Below are positions 1 to 13,600 of a stretch of 64,000 bases of DNA, in pieces (the first letter of the stretch is position 1; every line of letters starts with the position of its first letter). Source of the DNA: Hypanus sabinus. Taxonomy: Eukaryota. The stretch spans positions 5,394,001 to 5,458,000 of the forward strand of contig NC_082717.1 of assembly GCF_030144855.1 (NCBI RefSeq), read 5' to 3'. A program made the translations under genes and the position numbers. The notes beneath the pieces are model-generated. The model worked only from the letters and a program-made list of their open reading frames with translations, did no database searches and was not told where the DNA came from.

Positions 1-852
1 TTGTAACTGTAGCTCCATGATCCCATCTCCTCCCAGTAACTTCCCTTTGCTTATCAAGAGACCATCTCTTTCTGTTTTAAAGATTCAAAGGCTCTACTTC
101 CAATGCCCTTTGAGGTAAAGAGGCCAAAGACTCAATGCTCAGAGAATAATAAAATCCTCTCCTCTACAAATCCTGAGGCAAATTCACGTGGGTAAATCTC
201 CAGATCCTTACAAGGTGCTCCCTCAAACCCTGTGAGAAGCAAGTGCAGAAATTGCCGGGGCCCTTCCACTACCCCACTCAGGATAGGGTCCCCCTTGTCC
301 TCACCTACCACCCCACCAGCCTCCAGATCCAACGTATAATTCTCCATAACTTCCACCACGTCCAACGGGATCCCACTACCAAGCACATCTTTCCCTCCCC
401 TCCCTTCCTGCTTTCCGCAGGAATCGCTCCCTACGCGACTCCCTTGTCCATTCACCACCCCCCCCACCCCCCATCCCTTCCCACCGATCTCCCTCCTGGC
501 ACTTATCCTTGCAAGTGGAACAAGTGCTACACCTGCCCTTACACTTCAGGCCCATTCAGGGCCCCAGACAGTCCTTCCAGGTGAGGTGACCCTTCACTTG
601 TGAGTCGGCTGGTGTGGTATACTGCGTCTGGTGCTCCCATTGTGGCCTTTTATATATTGGTGAGTCCTGATACAGACTGGGAGACCGTTTCGCTGAACAC
701 CTACGCTCTGTTTGCCAGAGAAAGCAGGATCTCCCAGTGGCCACACATTTTAATTCCACGTCCCATTCCCATTCTGATATGTCTATCCATGGCCTCCTCT
801 ACTGTCAAGGTGAAGCCACACTCAGGTTGGAGGAACAACAGCTTATATACCG

Positions 853-2671
853 AAAAATACAAACACACCGCTGGGAGAACTCAGCAGGTCAGGCAGCATC
901 TGTGAGAAAATAGTAGCCAACGTTTCGGGCCCTTCATCAGGAATGGGGGGGAGGAGAGGAAGCCCAGTAATAGAGATAGGGGAAGGGGTAGGGCCTAGAG
1001 GCGCCAGGTGGAAAGCCAGTCAGAGGAAAGATGAAAGGGGAGGGGGAGGGGATAAGCATGAAAGAACTGTATTGGATAACAGACCCCACCAGTTCCCCAG
1101 TACCACCACATCCCTCTGGTTGGCGGAGCTTGTTCTAACTCTCAATAACTTCTCCTTTGGTTCTTCCCACTTTCTCCAGATAAAGGGTGTAGCCATGGGC
1201 ACTCGCATGGGCCCCAGCTATGCCTGCCTCTTTGTGGAACAGTCTATGCTCCAAATCTATACCGGTACCACTCCCCAACTTTTCCTCCGCTACATCGACG
1301 ACTACATTGGTGCTGCTTCCTGCACCCATGCTGAGCTCGTCAATTTCATCAACTTTGCCTTTAATTTTCACCCAGCCCTTAAATTCACTTGGTCCATCTC
1401 GGACACTTCTCTCCCCTTCCTTGATCTCTCGGTCTCCATCTCTGGAGACAGACTGTCTACTGACACCTTCTACAAACTCACTGACTCCGATAAACATATT
1501 GGCTATACCTCTTCCCACCCTGCCCAATGCAAAAGTGCCTTTCCCTATTCCCAGTTCCTCCATCTCCACCGCATCTGCTCCCAGGAGGAGGCTTTCCATT
1601 CCAGGTCTTCTCAAATGTCCTCTTTCTTTCAGGATCGTGGTTTCCCTTCTGGCGTCATCAAAGATGCCCTCACCCGCATCTCCTCCACTCAGCCCTCAAC
1701 CCATCCTCCCGTCACTACAACAGGACTTCCCCTTGTCCTCACCTACCACCCCAACAGCCTCTGGATCCAACATATTATCCTCTGCAACTTCCGCCACCTT
1801 CAACAGGACCCACCACCGAGCACATCTTTCCCTCCCTACCCCTCTCAGCTTTTCACAGGGATCATTCCCTCGGCGACTACCTGGTCCACATATCCCTCCC
1901 CACAGATCTCCCACCTGGCACTTATCACTGCAAACACAAATGCTACACCTTTCCCCACACCTCCCCCCTTACCACCATTCTGGGCCCTAGACAGCCCTTC
2001 CAGGTGAGGCAACACTTCACCTGTGAGTCTGCTGGAGTCGTCTATTGCATCCGGTGCTCCCGGTGAGGCCTCCTCTACATTGGCGAGACCCGACGCAGAT
2101 TGGGGGACCGCTTCGTCGAGCACCTCCTCTCCATCCGTCACTATAGACAGGACCTCCTGGTTGCCACCCACTTCAACTCTCCTTCACATTCCCATTTGGA
2201 TATGTCCATACATGGCCTCGTCTACTGCCATGATGAGGCCAAACTCAGGTTGGAGGAGCAACACCTCATCTACCGTCTGGGTTGCCTCCAGCCTGGGGGT
2301 ATGAACATTGAATTCTCCAGTTTCCGGTAATTCCCTCCCCATCCCCCTTCCCCTATCCCAGGTCCCTCTCTGCCTCTCTCCCCTTTCAACTTTCTGCTTC
2401 TTTATCTCTACAGTTCTTTCATGCTTATCCCCTCCCCCTCCACCCTTTATCTTTCCTCTGATTGGTTTTCAACCTGGCGCCTCTAGGCCTTACCCACTTC
2501 CCTATCTCTATTACTGGGCTTCGGTCCTCTCTTCCCCCCCATTCCTGATGAAGGGTCTCAGCCTGAAACGTTGGCTACTCTTTTCTCACGGATGCTGCCT
2601 GACCTACTGAGTTCTTCCAGCGGTGTGTACGTATTCTTTGATCCACAGCATCTGCAGTTGTATTTTTGTAC
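853..2671 (+). mobile_element. Penelope-like element: RT + GIY-YIG, with inverted tail copy at the 5' end and an 11-bp TSD
   Basis: ORF 943-2007 has RT motifs GVAMGTRMGPSYACLF and RYIDD; 2100-2330 is the GIY-YIG C-terminus. cttatataccg is repeated at 842-852 and 2672-2682. Confidence 0.85.
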
Positions 2672-3041
2672 CTTATATACCGGCTGGGTAGCCTCCAACC
2701 TGATGGCATGAACATTGACTTCTCTAACTTCCGTTAATGCCTCTCCTCCCCTTCTTACCCCATCCCTGATATATTTAGTTTTTTTTCCCTTCCCCTTTTT
2801 TTACTTTCTCTCTGCCCATCTCTCTGCCTGTTCTCCATCTCCCTCTGGAGCACCCCTTCCCCTTTCTTGCTCCCTAGGCCTTCTGTCCCATTATCCTTTC
2901 CCTTCTCTAGCTCTGTGTCCCTTTTGCCAATCACCTTTCTGGCTCTCAGTTTCACCCCACCCCCTCTGGTCTTCTCCTATAATTTTGCATTTCCCCCTCC
3001 CCCTCCTAATTTCAAATCTCTTACTATCTTTCCCTTCAGTT

Positions 3042-3077
3042 AGTCCTGACGAAGGGTCTCGGCCTGAAGCGTCGACA
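3042..3077 (+). ncRNA. Penelope-associated minimal hammerhead ribozyme motif (mutated)
   Basis: agtc-CTGACGA-agg gtctcgg cct-GAAG-cgtc-gaca. Core GAAA changed to GAAG. Related copies at 2541-2577 (+) and 18816-18851 (-). Confidence 0.6.
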
Positions 3078-3179
3078 GCACTTCTCCCTATAGATGCTGC
3101 CTGGCCTGCTGTGTTCTACCAGCATTTTGTGTGTGTTGCTTGAATTTCCAGCATCTGCAGATTTCCTCGTGTTTGCCAG

Positions 3180-4440
3180 AGATACTTGAAACCTTGTTGG
3201 TGACAGGAGAGGTACTAGAGACCTGAAGATTACATCAAATTGCCTGTTTAATGAAAAGGCTCTAAAAACAAACCAGGGAATAATAGGCAACTGAGTGAGA
3301 AATCACTTGGAAGGTGATTGGAAGGTTTTCGAATGGACCAGACATTTAAGTAATTTGGATAAACATGAACTGATTAGGAATTATCTGTATGGTTTTGTGC
3401 ATGGTAGGTCAACCTAGCCAAACTTGCAGAGTTTTTTGAAGAAGTTATCAAGAAGGTGGGTGAATGCTTTGCAGTGGCTGTTGTCCTTTTGCAAGGCACA
3501 TGACAAGGTGGTGCTTGGGAGGTTGGTCAAGAAGGTTCAGTTGCTCAGCATTCAAAATGAGGTAATAAATGTGATGAGATATTCACTTTGTGGAAGAAGC
3601 CATAGGACCTTAAGATATAGGAGTAGAATTAGGTCATTTGGCCCATTGAGTCTGCTCCTCCATTTTATTAAGACGGATCTAATTTTCCCCAAACTCCAAA
3701 CTCCTGCCTGCTCCCCATGTCCCTTCGTGCTCAGGCCAATCAAGAATCTATCAACATCTACCTTAAATATACATAAAGGCCTGCCCTCCACAGCTGCCTG
3801 TGACACAGAGTTCCACAGATTGACCACTCTGGCAAAAGAAATTCCTCCTCACTTGTGTTCTAAAAGGACGCCCCTCTATTCTGAGGCTCTGACCTCAGGT
3901 GTTAGACTCTCGCACTTTAGGAAACATCCTTACCACATCCACTCTGTCAAAGCCTTTCACCTTCGATAGGTTTTAATGAGGTCACCTCTCATTCTTCTGC
4001 ATTCCAGTAAATAGAGGCCCAGAACCATTAAACGCCTTTCATAGGACAAGCCATACTATCCTGAAATCATTTTTGTGAAGCTCCTTTGAACCCTCTCCAG
4101 TTTTAGCACATCCTCTCTAATATATAGGGCCCAAACAGCGCACAATATTGCACTTGAAATGAATGCTAACACCGCATTTGTCTTCCTCATCACAGTCTCA
4201 CCTGTAAATTAATCTTCTCAGAATCCTGCAGAAGGACTTCTGGCTCCCTTTGCGCCTCAGTTTTTTGTATTTTCTTTCTGTTTAGAAAATAATTAATTCT
4301 TTCATTTCTTCTAGCAACATGCATGACCATACTCTTCCCAACACTGTCTCCCATCTGCCATTTCATTTCCCATTCTCCTAATCTGTCTAAGTTCTTCTGT
4401 AGCCTCTCTACTTCCTCAAAACTACCTGCCTCTCCACTTA
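3180..4440. mobile_element. CR1 LINE fragments in both orientations
   Basis: Plus-strand RT-like piece (FCKAHDKV...GRLV) at about 3180-3600; minus-strand 3' end (NLWNS...IFK...DRFL) at about 3600-4440. Confidence 0.75.
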
Positions 4441-4755
4441 TCTTCAAGTCAAGTCAAGTCGCTTTTATTGTCATTTCAACCATAACTGCTGGTACAGCAC
4501 ACAGTAAAAACGAAACAACGTTCCTCCAGGACCATGGTGCGACATGAAATAAAGAAAAACTACACTAGACTATGTGAAACGACAGAGAACTACATTAGAC
4601 TTCAGACCTACATGGGACTTCATAAAGTGCACAAAACAGTGCAAGACAGTACAATAATTAATAAACAAGAGAATAGACACAGTAATGGGCAAATTACAAT
4701 ATAGTAATAAATGATGTAAATGTAAATGTAAACAATGTAAACAATGCAAACTTTG
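4441..4755 (-). mobile_element. Rex1/Babar-like LINE 3' tail
   Basis: Ends in a (tcaag)n microsatellite next to cttttattg (antisense AATAAA). Confidence 0.5.
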
Positions 4756-4914
4756 AAACAAAGCCATCAATTCCATATTCCAAATCAATTACATATAAAA
4801 TAAAAAGAATTAGTCTCATCTCAGAGCCCTGAAGAACACCAAGTCACAGGCAGGAAGACAGTGTACAGTCGATGTATCAGGCTGAGACCCTTTACCAGGA
4901 CTGATTGAATAAAG

Positions 4915-7900
4915 GCTCCTTTTTTTCACCACTCTTTGCCTCCTGTTAATAAGCCACTGCTTTATCTATGCTAGAATTTTTCCTGTCATACCATGGGCTT
5001 GTAGCTTGTTAAACAACCTCATGTACGGTACTTTGTCAAGAGCCTTCTGAAGATCCAAATACACAATATCCACCAATTCTGCTTTGTCTATCCTGCCTGT
5101 TATTTAATTACAACAGATTTGTCATGTAAGATTTTTCCTTGAGGAAACCATGCTGACTATGGCCTATTTTATCATCTGCCTCCAAATACCCTGGAACCTC
5201 ACTCTTAAAATCAACTCCAACATCTTCTCAACCAATGAGGTCAAACTAACTGGCCTATAGTTTCTTTTCATCTATCTACCCCACTTCTTGTAAAGTGGAG
5301 TGACATTTGCAATTTTCCAGTCTTCCACAACCATTCTAGAATCAAGTGATTATTGAAAGATCATTACAAGTGCCTGCACAATCTCTTCAGCCTCTGCTTT
5401 CAGGGAACTTGGGTGTACACTACCTGGTCCAGGTGACTTATCCATCTTCAGTCCTTTCAGTTTCCCAAGAACCTTCTCTCCAAGAGTAGTGACTTCATAC
5501 ACTTCATGACCCCTGACACTTGGAACTTTCACCATGCTCGTGTCTTCCACTGTGATGCAAAATACATATTTAGTTTGTCATGTCTGCCATTTCATTGTCC
5601 CCCATTACTACCTTTCTAGTATTGTTTTCCAGGCATCCAGTATTTGATCTTCCTTCTCTTTTACACTTTATGTATCTGAAGAAATTTTTAGTATCCTCTT
5701 TAATATTATTGGCTAGCTTAATTTCGTATTCCATCTATACCTTCATAATGACATTTTTTGCTGCCTTATGATGACATTTAAAAGTTCCCAATCCCTTAAC
5801 TTCCCACTAATTTTTGCTCTATTATACACCTTCTCTTTGGCTTTTATTCTGGCCTTGGCTTCTCTTGTTAGCCATGCTTGTGTCATCTTTTTGTTAGAGT
5901 ACTTCTTCTTCTTTGGGATGTATATATCCTGTACCTTCCGAATTGCTTCCAGAAATTCCAGTCATTGCTGCTCTGCCGTCATCCCTGTCAGTGTTATTTT
6001 CCAATCAATTCTGGCCAACCTTTCTCTCATATCTCTTGTAATTCCCTTTATTCTAATGTAATGCTCATACATCTGACTTTAGCTTTTCCTTTTCAAATTT
6101 CAGGGTGTATTTCATCATATTCTAATCACTTGCTCAACCACGAGCTGATCTAAAATGCCATCTTATTGGCACTTTAGAAATTCTCCTTCGTGGAATCCAG
6201 TAACAACCTGATTTTCCCAATTGACCTGCATATTGAAGTCCCCCATGACTATTGTAACATTGCCCTATTTTACTGACAGAGCAACGCTGCACCCTTTGCC
6301 TTCCTGCCTATCCTTTTCATACAATTTCAATACTTGGGTTATAACTCCCAGCTAAAATATTTCACCAATGATTCAGTGATGCCTACAACATCATAGCTGC
6401 CAATCTGCAACTGTGCTACAAGTTCATCTACCTTATTCCAGATACAGTGCACATTAAAATACAACTCTTTCAAACCTGTGTTCACTCTTTTTGATTTTGT
6501 CCGCCTTTTACGTTGCAACTCATCCCTTTGACTGCAATTTTGCCCTATTATCAGCCTCACTACGCATTGCCTCTGTTTGTGAACCAGCTACCTCATCTTC
6601 AGCACTATGATCTTCCTTTCATATGATATTTCTTGCTTTGAAATATACACAGCTCAAGAAACTAGTCACACCATGATCAATCTTTTGATTCCTAGGATTG
6701 TCTGAGGTCTTACCAACAGCTGCCTCCACAACCTTTCCACTAATTGTTCTGGCACTCCGGTTCCCATCCCCTTGCAGATCTAGTTTAAAGACCATTGTGC
6801 AGCATTAACAAACCTTCCCACTAGGATTTGAGTCCCCCTCCAGTTCAGATGCAATCTGTCCATTCTGTACAGGTCTCCCCTTCCCTGGGAGAGAGCCCAA
6901 TGATCCAAAATCTTTTGCTCTCCTTCCTACACCAACTCCTTAGCCATGTATTAAAATGTATAATCTTGTTAGTTTTGGCCTCTCTAGCACGTGGCATGGG
7001 TAGCAATCCTGAGATCTCAACTTTGGCGGTCCTGCCCTTTAACGTTTCCCCTAACTGACTGAACTTCCTGTGCAGAACCTCATCACTCATCCGACCTGTG
7101 TACTTGGTACCTACACGAACCATGATTTCTGGCTGATCACTCTCCCATTTAAGAAAGATGACCAATACATCCTGGGCCCTGGCACCAGGAGGCAACATAC
7201 TATTCAGGAATCTCATTCACACCCACAGAACCTCTTGTGCGTTCCCCTAACTAACAAATCCTCTTCAACACAGCAAGCCTCTTCTCCCCCCTTCCCTTCT
7301 GAGTCACAGAGGCAGAGACTCACACATCGTGTTTTTCCTCTCTCAGGTCAACCCTCCCAACAGAATCCAAAGTGATATACCTGTTATTGAGGGGTTGGCC
7401 ACAGAGATACAGTGCAATGGCTCCTTAACCCCTTCCCCTGCCTGACTGTCACCCAGTTTCCTGTGTCCTGCACCTTGAGTGTAACTACCTCTCTATATGT
7501 TCTAACTATCACACCCTCAGCCTTCCAAATGATCTGGACTTCATCCAGTTCAGCTCCAGCTCATTAATGCCATTTGTTAGAAGCTGCATCTGGATGCTCT
7601 TCTCGCCATTGTAGACCCCAGGGACACTGGACCTCCCCTGTCTTCCCCCATCCACCAAGAGGAGCATTTCACTATCCTGCCTGACATCTCTACTGTCCAA
7701 GCTGAGCAGATATAAAGAAGACAATGAAAAAATGTGATCTGTTCTTTCCTTTGCTTTCTCTTCACTGGCACCTCAGGAACAGCACCCTGACCTTGCCCAC
7801 TCAGACCCTGCCTACTCAGACCCTGCCCACTCAGACCCTGCCCACTCAGACCCTGCCTACTCAGACCCTGCCCACTCAGACCCTGCCCACTCTGACCCTG

Positions 7901-8860
7901 CCCATGCTAGCCCTGCCCACTCTGACAGGCTCCCATGCTGACCCTGCCCACTCAGACCCTACCCATTCTGGTCCTGCCCACTCTGACCCTGCCCACTCAG
8001 ACAAGCTCCCACTCTGAACCTGCCTACTCAGACAAGCTCCCACTCTGACCCTGCCCACTCAGACCCTGCCCACTCTGACCCTGCCCACTCAGAACCTGCC
8101 CACTCTGACCCTGCCCACTCAGACCCTACCCACTCTGGTCCTTCCCACTCTGACCCTGCCCACTCAGACAGGCTCCCACTCTGACCCTGCCCACTCAGAC
8201 AAGCTCCCACTCTGACCCTGCCCACTCAGACCCTGCCCACTCTGACCCTGCCCACTCAGACCCTACCCACTCTGGTCCTTCCCACTCTGACCCTGCCCAC
8301 TCAGACAGGCTCCCACTCTGACCCTGCCCATTCAGACATGCTCCCTCTCTGACCCTGCCCATTCAGACAAGCTCCCACTCTGACCCTGCCCACTCAGACC
8401 CTACCCACTCTGATCCTGCCCACTCAGAACCTACCCACTCTGACCCTGCCCACTCAGACCCTGCCCACTCTGACCCTGCCCACTCAGACCCTACCCACTC
8501 TGGTCCTTCCCACTCTGACCCTGCCCACTCAGACGCTACCCACTGAGGCAGGCTCCCACTCTGACCCTACCCACTCTGACTCTACCCACTCAGACAGGCT
8601 CCCATGCTGAACCTGCCCACTCAGACCAGCGCCCACTCAGACCCTGCCCACTTAGACCGGTGCCCACTCTCACCCTGCCCACTCTGACCCTGCCCACTCA
8701 GACCGGCAGCCGCTGCAACGACAGCCACTGTACTTCCCCTGCCTTCCTTTAAATTGCTCTTACTAATCAATCCCAAACACCAAATGATTGCTGGTTAAAG
8801 CTCTTATACTCTACACTATTCTCTTTTATCCTCGAGCTGCAGACTTGAGTAAAGTCCCCT
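4915..8860 (-). mobile_element. Long decayed CR1 LINE (5' UTR, ORF1 esterase, ORF2 pieces)
   Basis: 6845-7216 LPPGARAQDV...IMVRVGT...VEISGLLP (SGNH esterase); YDVVGITES (APE); KGLKMDKSPGP (RT N-terminus). Confidence 0.8.
7784..8704. repeat. ~0.9-kb minisatellite of 15-bp (ACTCWGACCCTGCCC) and 16-bp (ACTCAGACAGGCTCCC) units
   Basis: Directly visible tandem array; explains the TLPTQ and SEWAG pseudo-ORFs. Confidence 0.95.
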
Positions 8861-10629
8861 CCAATCCAAACTTCCAATGTCCAAACTGGCTGCTGATCAA
8901 AGCCAGGGAGTGGTAGCAGATGGTTGCCTCTCTGACTGGAGGCCTGTGACATGTGGTGTGTAGCAGGGATCTGAGCTGGTTCCTTTGTTGTTTACCATCT
9001 GTGTCAATGATCTGGATGATAAACTGGATCAGCAAATTTGACACCAAGAGGGATCTGCATCAGCTGGAAAGATAGGCTGAAAACCGACAAACGGAATTTT
9101 GTGCAGACAAGTGCAAGGGGTAAATACAAACAGACTTTTTCCACTGGGGTTGGGTGGAACTACAACTGGACGTCATAAGTTAAAGGTGAAAAGTGAAAAG
9201 TTTAAGGGCTATGTAGGGGGAAACTTCTTCACTAGAATTGTGAGAGTGTGGAATGAGTTGCCAGCATTGGAACTCAATTTCAAAATTTAAGAGAAGTTTG
9301 GATGGGTGAATGGATGGTAGGGGTATGAAAGGCTATGGTCCTGTGTGGAGCAGGCCAATGGGTGAAGGCAGCTTAAATGGTTTCAGCATGGACTCGATGG
9401 GCCAAAGGGCCTGTTTCTCTGTTGTTCATCTTTAAATAAAATGGTTTACTCTTATTTTTAATAGGAGATTCTAATTCCAGAATTTCCTTCAAAATTCAAA
9501 GTAAATTTATTTTCCAAGTACATATCTGTCCCCATAACAGCCCTGAAATTCACTTTCAAGTGTCCATTCACAAAAAAATACTGTGTTGAATTGATGACAA
9601 ACCACAGACAACAAGATGGACAAACAACCAAAGTCCAAAAGACAACAAACAGTGGAAATAAAATAAGAGAAGGAAAGAAAGAAAATAACATTATTAATAA
9701 GAAAGCAATAAAATTTGAGAACATGATTTGTAGAGTCCTTGTAATGTGTCTATATATTATGGATTTTGAGTCATGTTCAAAGGAACATGTTGCCTGTCAA
9801 AATCCTTCTCTCTTCTAAAAAGAACATCGCCTTCTGTACCCACAGTCAAAGATGTATCAGTTAGGAAATTACCCTGTGATTAGGTGAGGGTTCAATAGGT
9901 GGGCTGCTGAGTGTCATGGTTGAGGGGTCAAAAGGGCCTATTCCATACTGTATGTCAGTTTTTAAAAAACTCCACGTGTGAACTGTTCTGAGCCAATCTA
10001 TTATGAAGTATAACCTTGCAGGGAAATATTTAGCAAATGTCATTCAGATTTATTTATCAATGCACATTAAATATACATTAACAACCAACACACCCAAGGA
10101 TGTGCTGGGGCAGCCCGCAAGTGTCACCACATATTCAAAGCCAACAGAACCAACACACAATGTTCAACAGAACTCCATTCAAGTTCAAGTTTGTTGTCAT
10201 CTGACTGCACGTGGTTACAACTAAATGAAATAATGTTCCTCTGGACCACCGTCACCCACAACACATTTATCATTCAGCACATAAAACTGAAATATTACCA
10301 TCAGTACATGAATAAAATATCATTCAGAATGCATGTAGTTTGCTCTACATGTAGTACATGTAGTGTGCTGTTCTGCACAAATAAACAATAAACAGCTCAC
10401 TGTCCTGGTGATGAGACCTCAGTGGTGACAGGGTATCCATTAGTCTCACAGCCTGAGGGAAGAAGCTGTTACCCAGACTGACAGTCCCAGTCCTGATGCT
10501 CCTGTACCTCCTTCCTGACAGTAGAAAGTCAAAGAGATTGTGGGATGGGTGGTGAGGAACCTCAATAATCTTTTGGACCTCTCTCTCTGCAGTAGTTGAA
10601 TTTGATCTTCAATCTTACGGGCTTTCAAA

Positions 10630-13600
10630 CTCCAAGCTTGAATTAATGGAGATAAAGGGTGCTCAGGAAGTTTAATGGTCTGAGAGTGGACAAATCTCCT
10701 GGACCTGATGGAATGCACCCTAGGGTTCTGAAGGAAGTAGCTGGAGAGATTGTGGAGGCATTAACAATGATCTTTCAAGAATCCATAGATTCTGGCACTG
10801 TGCCTGATGACTGGAAAATTGCAAATGTTATTCCGCTATTTAAGAAGGGTGGGGAAACTATAAAGGCAGAAAGAAATCTATTTATCTGTTAGCTTGACAT
10901 CAGTGGTTGGAAAGCTGTCGGAAGCAATTGCTAGGGATGAGATTACAGACTACTTGGAGGCATATAGAAGTATAAAAGAACCTACAGCACAATCATGCCC
11001 TTCGGCCTATGAAATTGTGCTGAACACGTCCTTACCTTAGAAATTACTGGGGTTACCCATAACCCTCTATTTTTCTAAGCTCTGTGTACATATCCAAAAG
11101 ACTCTTAAAAGACACTATTGTATCCACCTCCACCACCATTGCCAGCAGCCCATTCCACGCACTCACCACATTCTGTGTTAAAAAAAAACTTACCCCATGA
11201 CAAGATAGGCCAAAGTCAGCATGGATTCCTGAAAGGAAAATACTGTCTGACAGACCTACTACAATTCTTTCAGGAAATTACAAGCAGGGTAAACAAAGGA
11301 GATGTAGTAGATGTAGTATACTTGGATTTTCAGAAGACTTTTGACAAGGTGTCGTGCATGAGGCTGCTTAGTAAGGTAAGAGCCCATGGAATTACAGGGA
11401 AGTTATGAGCATGGGTGGGGCATTGGCTAGTTGGCAGAAAACAGAGTTGGATAAAAGGACCCTACTCTAGCTGTGTGCTAGAGTAACTTCCACAGGGTTC
11501 GGTGTTGCTTTTTACAATGTATGTCAATGATTTGGACTATGGTATTAAGGGGTTTGGGGCTAAATTTGCTGATGATACAAAGATAGGTGGAGGAGCGGGT
11601 AGTGCTGAGGAAACAGAGAGCCTGCAAAGAAGCTTAGATAGTTTAGGGGAATGAGCAAAGAAGTGGCAAATGAAATATAATGATGCCAAGTGTATGGTCA
11701 TATACTTTGATGGAAGAAATAAATGGGTAGCCTATTAATTTAGATTAGGAGAGAATTCAAAATGCAGAGATGCAAAAGGACATGTGAGACCTTGTGCAAG
11801 ATAATTCTATCTCCTTTACAACAGCATTGGAGAGAGATAGGAACGGACAAGTTAGAGAAGCATTTAATTGGAGTAAGGGGAATTATGAGGCTATCAGGCA
11901 GGGAATTGGAAGATTAAAATGGGAACAGATATAATCAGAGAAAAGTGCGGAAGAAATGTGGCAAATGTTCAGGGGATATTTGTGTGAATTTCTACAGAGG
12001 TACATTCCAATGAGACAGGGAAGTTCTGGTAGGGTAGAAGAACCGTGGTGTACAAAGACTGTAATAAATCAAGTCAAGAAGAAAAGAAAAGGTTACAAAA
12101 GTTCAGAGAGCTACGTAATGTTAGAGATCTAGAAGATTATAAGTCTAACAGGAAGGAGCTTAAATAAGAAATTAGGAGAACCAGAAGGGATCATGAGAAG
12201 GCCTTGGCAGGCAGAATAAAGGAAAACCCCAAGGCATTCTACAAGTATATGAAGAGCAAGAGGATAAGAAATGAAAGAATAGGACCTATCAAGTATGACA
12301 GTGGGAAAGTGTGTATGGAACCAGAGGAGATAGCAGAGATACTTAATGAATACTTTACTTCAGTATTCACTATGGAAAAGGATCTTGGTGATTGTCATGA
12401 TGACTTACCGCAGACTAAAAAGCTTTAGTATGCAGATATTAAGAAAGAGGATGTGCTGGAGCTTTTGGAGAGCATTAAGTTGGGTAAGTCACTGGGACCA
12501 GATGAGATGTACCCCAGTCTCCTGTGGGAGGCAAGGGAGGAGATTGCTGAGCCTCTGATGATGATCTTTGCATCATCAGTGGGGATAGGAGAGGTTCTGG
12601 AAGATTGGAGGGTTGTGGATGCTGGGGAGTAGAGATAGCCCAGGAAATTATAAACCAGTGAGTCTTTCCTCAGTGGTTGGTAAGTTGATAGAGAAAATCC
12701 TGAGAGGCAGGATGAACATTTAGAAAGGTATACTATGATTAAGAATGAAGATGTGACTAAACACATTGATGAAGAAAGAGTAGTAGATGTAGTGTATATG
12801 GATTTCTGCAAAGCATTTTGTAAGGTACCCCATGCAAGGCTTACTGAGAAAGTAAGGAGGCATGGGATCCAAGGGGACAATGCTTTGTGGATCCAGAACT
12901 GGCTTGCCCACAGAAGGCAAGTGGTGGTTGTAGACAGGTCATATTCTGCATGGAGGTCGCTGACCAGTAGTGTGCCTCAGGGATCTGTTCTGGGACCCTT
13001 ACTCTTTGTGATTTTTATAAATGACCTGGATGAGGAAGTGAAGGGATGGGTTAATAAGTTTGCTGATGACACAAAGGTTGGAGGTGTTGTGGATAATGTG
13101 GAGGGCTGTCAGAGGTTACAGCGGGACATTGATAGGAAGCAAAATTGTGCTGAGAAGTGGCAGATGGAGTTTAACCCAGATAAGTGGTTCATTTTGCTAG
13201 GTCAAATATGATGGCAGAATATAGTATTAATGATAAGACTCTTGGCAATGTGGAGGATCAGAGGGATCTTGGGGTCCAAGCCCATAGGATGCTCAAAGCA
13301 GCTGTGCAAGTTTACTCTGTGGTTAAGAAGGTATACGGTGTATTGGCCTTCATCAATCGTGGAATTGAATTTAGGAGCCGAGAGGTAATGTTGCAGCTAT
13401 ATAGGACCCTGGTCAGACCCCACTTGGAGTACTGTGCTCAGTTCTAGTTGCCTCAGTACAGGAAGGATGAGGATGTGGAAGACATAGAAAGAGTGCAGAG
13501 GACATTTACAAGTATGTTGGCTGGATTAGGAAGCATGCCTTATGAAAACAGGTTGAGTGAACTCGGCCTTTTTTCCTTGGAGCGACGGAGGATGAGAGGT

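Larger units (their letters stand above)
275..3177 (+). mobile_element. Penelope-like element (GIY-YIG 3' part, host copy) interrupted by a second PLE
   Basis: LVLTYHP...VATHFNS...RLEEQQ at 275-852 continues as LIYRLGSLQPDGMNID after 2682; pyrimidine-rich tail to about 3177. Confidence 0.8.

Noticed and set aside
7724-8225. TLPTQ and SEWAG repeat ORFs
   Set aside because: Translation artefacts of the 15/16-bp minisatellite.
9846-9883. AG/GT-bounded 38-nt plus-strand segment as an upstream exon of the ITIM gene
   Set aside because: The frame needed to join the phase-0 terminal exon ends in TAG.
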